A DNA stretch of 64,000 nt from Podarcis tiliguerta. Its lineage: Eukaryota. Within the stretch, counting starts at the first letter, position 1. Every line of letters begins with the position of its first letter. Location of the stretch: NCBI GenBank assembly GCA_965153285.1, contig OZ229112.1; one strand, 5' to 3'. A program made the translations under genes and the position numbers. The notes beneath the pieces were generated by a model that worked only from the letters and a program-made list of their open reading frames with translations, was not told where the DNA came from and made no database searches. Shown in pieces: positions 58,978-64,000 of this stretch.

Positions 58978-60972
58978 GTCCTGAGATGCCCAGAGTTATG
59001 TCTTTCCCTCCCGCTTGGTTTTCTCAGGAGGAAGGTGAGAGGGAAGGGACAGGTAGAGAACTCTAGGAAAAGGGGAAAGCCTGGTACTCAGACTTGTTTA
59101 AACCTTCCTTCCCACCCAGATTCCTCAGAAGGAAGACAGACAGGAAGGGAAAGCATCTTGCTTTCTGCTCGGTTTCCTCCTGCAGTCCAAGCAAACAAGC
59201 AGGATGTTGGCTTATAGGCTTATGACCTCTTTGAAGACTTAATAAATCTCTGAACTTAGGACAGCCTTGTTTCAAATGAAACGAACGCGAGTTCACTGGA
59301 CTAATCTACACCTTGAAATGGACTCGCCATCAGACAAAGCCTTCATAGGATGAAGGACGCCTGGCCCCCATCACGTGGCTTCACCCCCAAGAAGAGCATC
59401 TGCTGTGTAGGAACTGAACATTTGGCCAAACAGGATGTTTTCTCTCTGTCTTTCAGGAGCTGTGAAATCATAGCTCAATAATTAGGCAAGCCTGCTGGAT
59501 ACGGCTGGTGGCTGGCACCCAGAGAAAGGTGTTGGACCATTCCCCAGGAATGCACCTCTTCAGCCAGAGATGGAGGAAAGATGGAATCGTTTCTTCTCTG
59601 CATGCCAACCGAGCAGCCCGTGACTCATGTTACCTACTGATCAGAGCTGGTGGGTTCATAACCTCAACAGATCGTCATACTTTGCCTATGCTGTTGGATA
59701 TTCTCTTACCCCCAGCACACACATTAATAGAATGGTACCTAACCCCACTTCTGCTGAGTTGTGGAAGTCACAAGACAGAAACTGTTTCAGGATTGGGGGG
59801 AGAAACCCACCCAGATATGAATTATGAAAAATGTGACAGGCAAAACTATGATCCACTCATTGCAATGTAATTAACCAGTTGGTGTGCCTTCCTTGCCCTT
59901 CACTGTTGCTTCCAGAATGTCCTTTCCCTCTTCTACAATGGGAGGCTATTTGGATGCTATGGCTGCAGTGAAATTTAATGAGCCAGATGGACATGCAAGG
60001 TGCGCAAAATCTAATGGGCTGTTTGGGCTTAGCCCTTCGCAGTGCATCCGCACAGACCTATTGCCTTTAACAGAATGATGCTGAGTGAGAGCAGCTGGGG
60101 CCTTTGCTCCCTTCCTCGCTTGGTGTGAGGCCGGCCAAGCACAGAAGAGTTTTAAATGCATGTGCATTGTGCACATTTTCAGTCATAATGTAGGCTTCTA
60201 AAATTTGCCACACACAGTGAAAGGCATGAGAAATTGACCTATTCGCACCAACAGTGACACCTGCATGTCCAATTCCATTTGGGATCATGTAGAAATTTTC
60301 TGAGATAATATTGTGAATGTCTGTATATAGAAAAACAGCCAAAATTGGCTATCAGTGTAATGGATCTGTGATTGATTGCATGGGATACTGTGCCCAAATC
60401 CAGATTTAAATATTGGGCATCAGAGGTTTGTTGCTGGAACTGGATGAAACTGAAGGCCAGGCCAGGCCAGGCCAGGTGTATTGATTAGGAAGAGCAGAAG
60501 CTCTTATCAGCTCTGATCAATACACAGACTTCATATTCCCTGCCATTCACAAGTGCATTCTGTGCATGAAAAGTCCTCTAGAGCTTGCCTGCAAGTTTCA
60601 CTCATTTTGTTGTTGTCGGCATTTGTCTGTCTTGAGAGACAGTGGAGTGTGCCTCTGTGGGTGAAGTCAAACTATTGCAGAATCACAGCGCCTGCTGTGG
60701 CTGCAGAGATTGCTAACTCGCAACTGCTGCTTCCCATGCTTTTTTTTTGCTGAGTTTGCAGCACCAAAGTGACCTCTCTGGGGTGCAAGCCTGGGCAGTG
60801 TGTACGGAGGTCCTGGGCTCCCAGATGACAAGACTCCTCCTCTGTCAGCCTCACTGATGTGGTCCAAAGAGAAGCAAAGCAAAGCAATACATTTGGCACC
60901 AGCTTGGCTGCGGGAGTTGCTGGAAGGAGGTGTACAAGACCCAATCCAACTGTCTTTGGGACTCCCCTTAAG

Positions 60973-60996
60973 GTGTGTGTGTGTGTGTGTGTGTGT
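60973..60996. repeat. (GT)n microsatellite
   Basis: Direct observation. Confidence 0.9.
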
Positions 60997-61658
60997 AGTG
61001 GAAGGCAAGGTGTCTGAGCATCAAAATATATGGGTCACACAACCAGTCCTGAACCAGGCTGCTGACTTCTGGTGTGGTAGAGGGTTCTGTCATGGTCAGT
61101 ATTGAACTACAGTCCAATTGCCTGTCTGCTGGGGGGTGTCTCTACATGAAATGGGGGGGGTCACCCCAGATGCTCATCCAGCTGCAAAGACAAGAGCAGC
61201 TGGGAAACAAACCAAAGTTTTGAAAAACCAGCTATGGTTTATTTAGTAGTCTATGGTTAACTAATGGTTTGCTATACAAACCATAGCTTAACATTACAAA
61301 TGAACCAGACTACTGTTTACGTCTGATACTGGTCAGGTCTTTCATTTTGTTCACTGCCGCTGTGCTCTGTTTAATCCTTTGCCATCATTCTTATGAAACA
61401 CATGTGACTTTAGTTTTCCGTATATGCTTTGCGCACACTCTTGAGTATTTTAATAGCAAAGCTGTTTGGAAACACTATTAACGACTATAATTAATTAATC
61501 CTTTATTAAGATTATATTATATCATTATATTATTATTATCACTGAACGGAAAAGACGTGTGTCTTCTCCACTCTACCAGGAGGGATTAGCGACTGCAAAT
61601 TTCACCCCTGCGCATCTGACCCACTGGCTTTGTAACCACACAACCAAACCAGAAAATA

Positions 61659-61693
61659 ACACACACACACACACACACGCACACACACACACA
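61659..61693. repeat. (AC)n microsatellite
   Basis: Direct observation, one interruption. Confidence 0.9.
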
Positions 61694-62845
61694 AAGTCAC
61701 TGATCATTTGGAAATGCAATTACTTTCAAGCAGGAGAAAGGGTGAGCAAGCAGCAACTGAGCGAAATTTGAAAGGTCACATATGCTCAAGATTTCATATG
61801 GGAAAATACTATCCCAACCTGGTTATAAGTCTGCAGCAGTCTCTTAAGGTAGACACACCCAGATGCATATTTTCAGATATTTCCTTCAATCATATCTATT
61901 AGTCCTGGAAGAGTGATCCTATGGGTGAGAGCTATAAAGTTGGCTTGTTTCCCCTCTTTGTCCCAGTGGCACGACTCAAGAGTCAAGAAGAGATACCCCT
62001 GGGGATTACAGGGCCTTTTAAGAAAGCACAAGTCTCCCGATCTTTGCTGCCTTGACCTTTTCGGATGCTGAGAACAAGTCAAAACCTCGCCTCCCTTTGC
62101 CTTGCATTCTTTTCTTGGCATTAAAAATTGTACAATTCGAGTTCTCATGATAGCCAGACTAGTTTGTATAGCAAGTTTCCTTTTTTGAAGGGGGGGGGGG
62201 GAACTGTCTAAATGGGGGGGAAATGAAAAGGAACAGGGGAAGGAGAGAGAAAGGAAAGTTATGTTGATAGGGCTCAGGGTTAGAAAATGTACACTGCTGG
62301 CGGCAGAAAATAAGTCCAAACAGGCCATCTCCGAGACGACTCAGGGAGTAGTTTATTACAAAATATCACTTTTTGTTATGGCTATATGCAGAGCAAGAAG
62401 AAAAAAACCAGCACTTTGCTGGAGGAGAAATATCATTCAGGGTGCCGCCATACTATGGTCTTTTAGCACTTGCAGTCAACATCCAAAATCTGCTGGAAGC
62501 GAAATTTTAACTGTGGATCCACATGGAAGCTATTTTCTCCTGCTTACGTTTTGCAGCGCCTACCCATATCAGAAACAGCACATTTCAGATGTGGGAATGA
62601 CCCTTTTCTGAGCCGCTTTGCAGTGTAGTTCTCCACATTATTTTTCAAATTAATGTACAAATGCAATTTGATGTATTAATAAAAATTAATGGATTTGCAT
62701 CATTACATTTCTTTCTTTCTTGTTTCTCTCTCCTCCTGCTCCCCTTAAAATCGGCTTATGCAAGTCACCGAAGATGTAAAAGCAGGTGGGGCTGAACTAC
62801 AGGGAAGGCCACTGCAGAAGTGTAAGGAGGTAATGCAAGATGGCA

Positions 62846-63189
62846 GTAAAGGTAAATGTAAAGGGACCCCTGACCATTAGGTCTAGTTGTGACCGACTCT
62901 GGGGTTGCGCCGCTCATCTCGCTTTACTGGCCGAGGGAGCCAGTGTACATCTTCCGGGTCATGTGGCCAGCATGACTAAGCCGCTTCTGGTGAACCAGAG
63001 CAGCGCACGGAAACACTGTTTATCTTCCCGCCGGAGCGGTACCTATTTATCTACTTGCACTTTGAAGTGCTTTTGAACTCCTAGGTTGGCAGGAGCAGGG
63101 ACGGAGCAACAGGAGCTCACCTCGTTGCGGGGATTTGAACCGCCGACCTTCTGATCAGCAAGTCCTAGGCTCTGTGTTTTAACCCACAG
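62846..63189 (-). mobile_element. Sauria SINE lacking the first ~15 nt
   Basis: GTAAAGGTAAATGTAAAGGGACCCC tail and complete body; head stops at CTGTGGG. Confidence 0.92.
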
Positions 63190-63243
63190 TAGCAAGGTGT
63201 AAATAAGGGCACTATGACAAGCTATGCAATTGACCATCTAAGG

Positions 63244-63381
63244 CAGGGTTTCCCAAACTTGGGTCTCCGGCTTTTTTTGGACTACAACTCGCATCATCCC
63301 TAGCTAGCAGGATCAGGAATCAGAGAACTGATGGGAACTGTAGTCCAAAATCAGCTGGAGATCAAAGTTTGGGAAATCCTG
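63244..63381. mobile_element. hAT hairpin MITE (same family as 14997)
   Basis: CAGGGTTTCCCAAACTT / AAGTTTGGGAAATCCTG; TSD ATCTAAGG / GTCTAAGG. Confidence 0.88.
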
Positions 63382-64000
63382 GTCTAAGGGAATGCTCATC
63401 TGCAGAAGGCTGGATAACAGCACTATATGAGTGCACTGAAATCCTGTTGCAAGCAGAACAATGGCAGGACAGCAATGAAAACTTCTGGTGCACTGGGAAT
63501 CCCAGGCTTAAGTTTTACGTGTGAACCAACTCAGTGTCAGCAACAACATAAGGGACATTCCTGGCTTGAGGCAAACTAATACGGTTTTGGTGAGGGTGGC
63601 TACTGAAAGCCGGTAAATAAAATATATGCAACGAGGCTTAATATGCTTGCTACATGTTTCTAGGAAAACATTTCAGCTGTTGCCCATGCTCAGGCCTCAA
63701 TAACATAAGCAAGGCACCATGTAGCGCATTTGTGCTGCAGGAGTCATATTAGTGACTCCTGCAGCGCACTCAGTAAATGCTGGAGGGAGTTAAAGAAGTA
63801 TTAACGATGGTGGTGATTATTTCAGCCAAGGATGTGGCAGCAGAAAGCAACAGCAAAGTTAGGCCAATTTTCTCAAGCACTTACCAAATGCACTGAATCT
63901 CCGTTTAAAAGCAAGTGAAATTATAAATGCAAAGCAAAGAAATCCCTTATAATAAAACCCAAGTTAATGCAAAAACCAGAACAACAAAACCGCCCTGCAG

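Overview
This is eukaryotic, repeat-rich, apparently non-coding DNA from a squamate reptile. Sauria/Squam1 SINEs, a Squam3-like SINE, a tRNA-Lys/CR1-tailed SINE, and CR1, L2 and BovB LINE ends suggest a lacertid lizard (inference from repeat content only). I found no protein-coding exon or RNA gene that I can identify. The only ORF-track peptides with recognisable homology are C-terminal fragments of CR1 and L2 ORF2, and many of the others are SINE, MITE or microsatellite read-throughs. The window looks like part of a very large intron or a gene desert. It contains 7 Sauria SINEs (one from a distinct subfamily), several other SINEs and 3 near-identical young CR1 3' ends. It also has at least 3 TA-targeting Tc1/mariner-type MITE families, many hAT-type hairpin MITEs with 8-bp NTCTAGAN-like target duplications, one clean solo LTR (49514-50000, TSD CATAT) and several nested insertions whose order can be read from TSDs. 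Repeat-free blocks between them carry motif-level signals: a strong CTCF site, PBX-HOX, homeodomain and YY1 motifs, two + strand TGCATG clusters, and a few + strand candidate (micro)exons. These weakly suggest a + strand host transcript with regulated splicing. I cannot support a claim of a new biological system; the best leads are the candidate microexon/RBFOX signals and some possibly uncatalogued transposon subfamilies. Family names come from my recall of consensus features, not from database searches.
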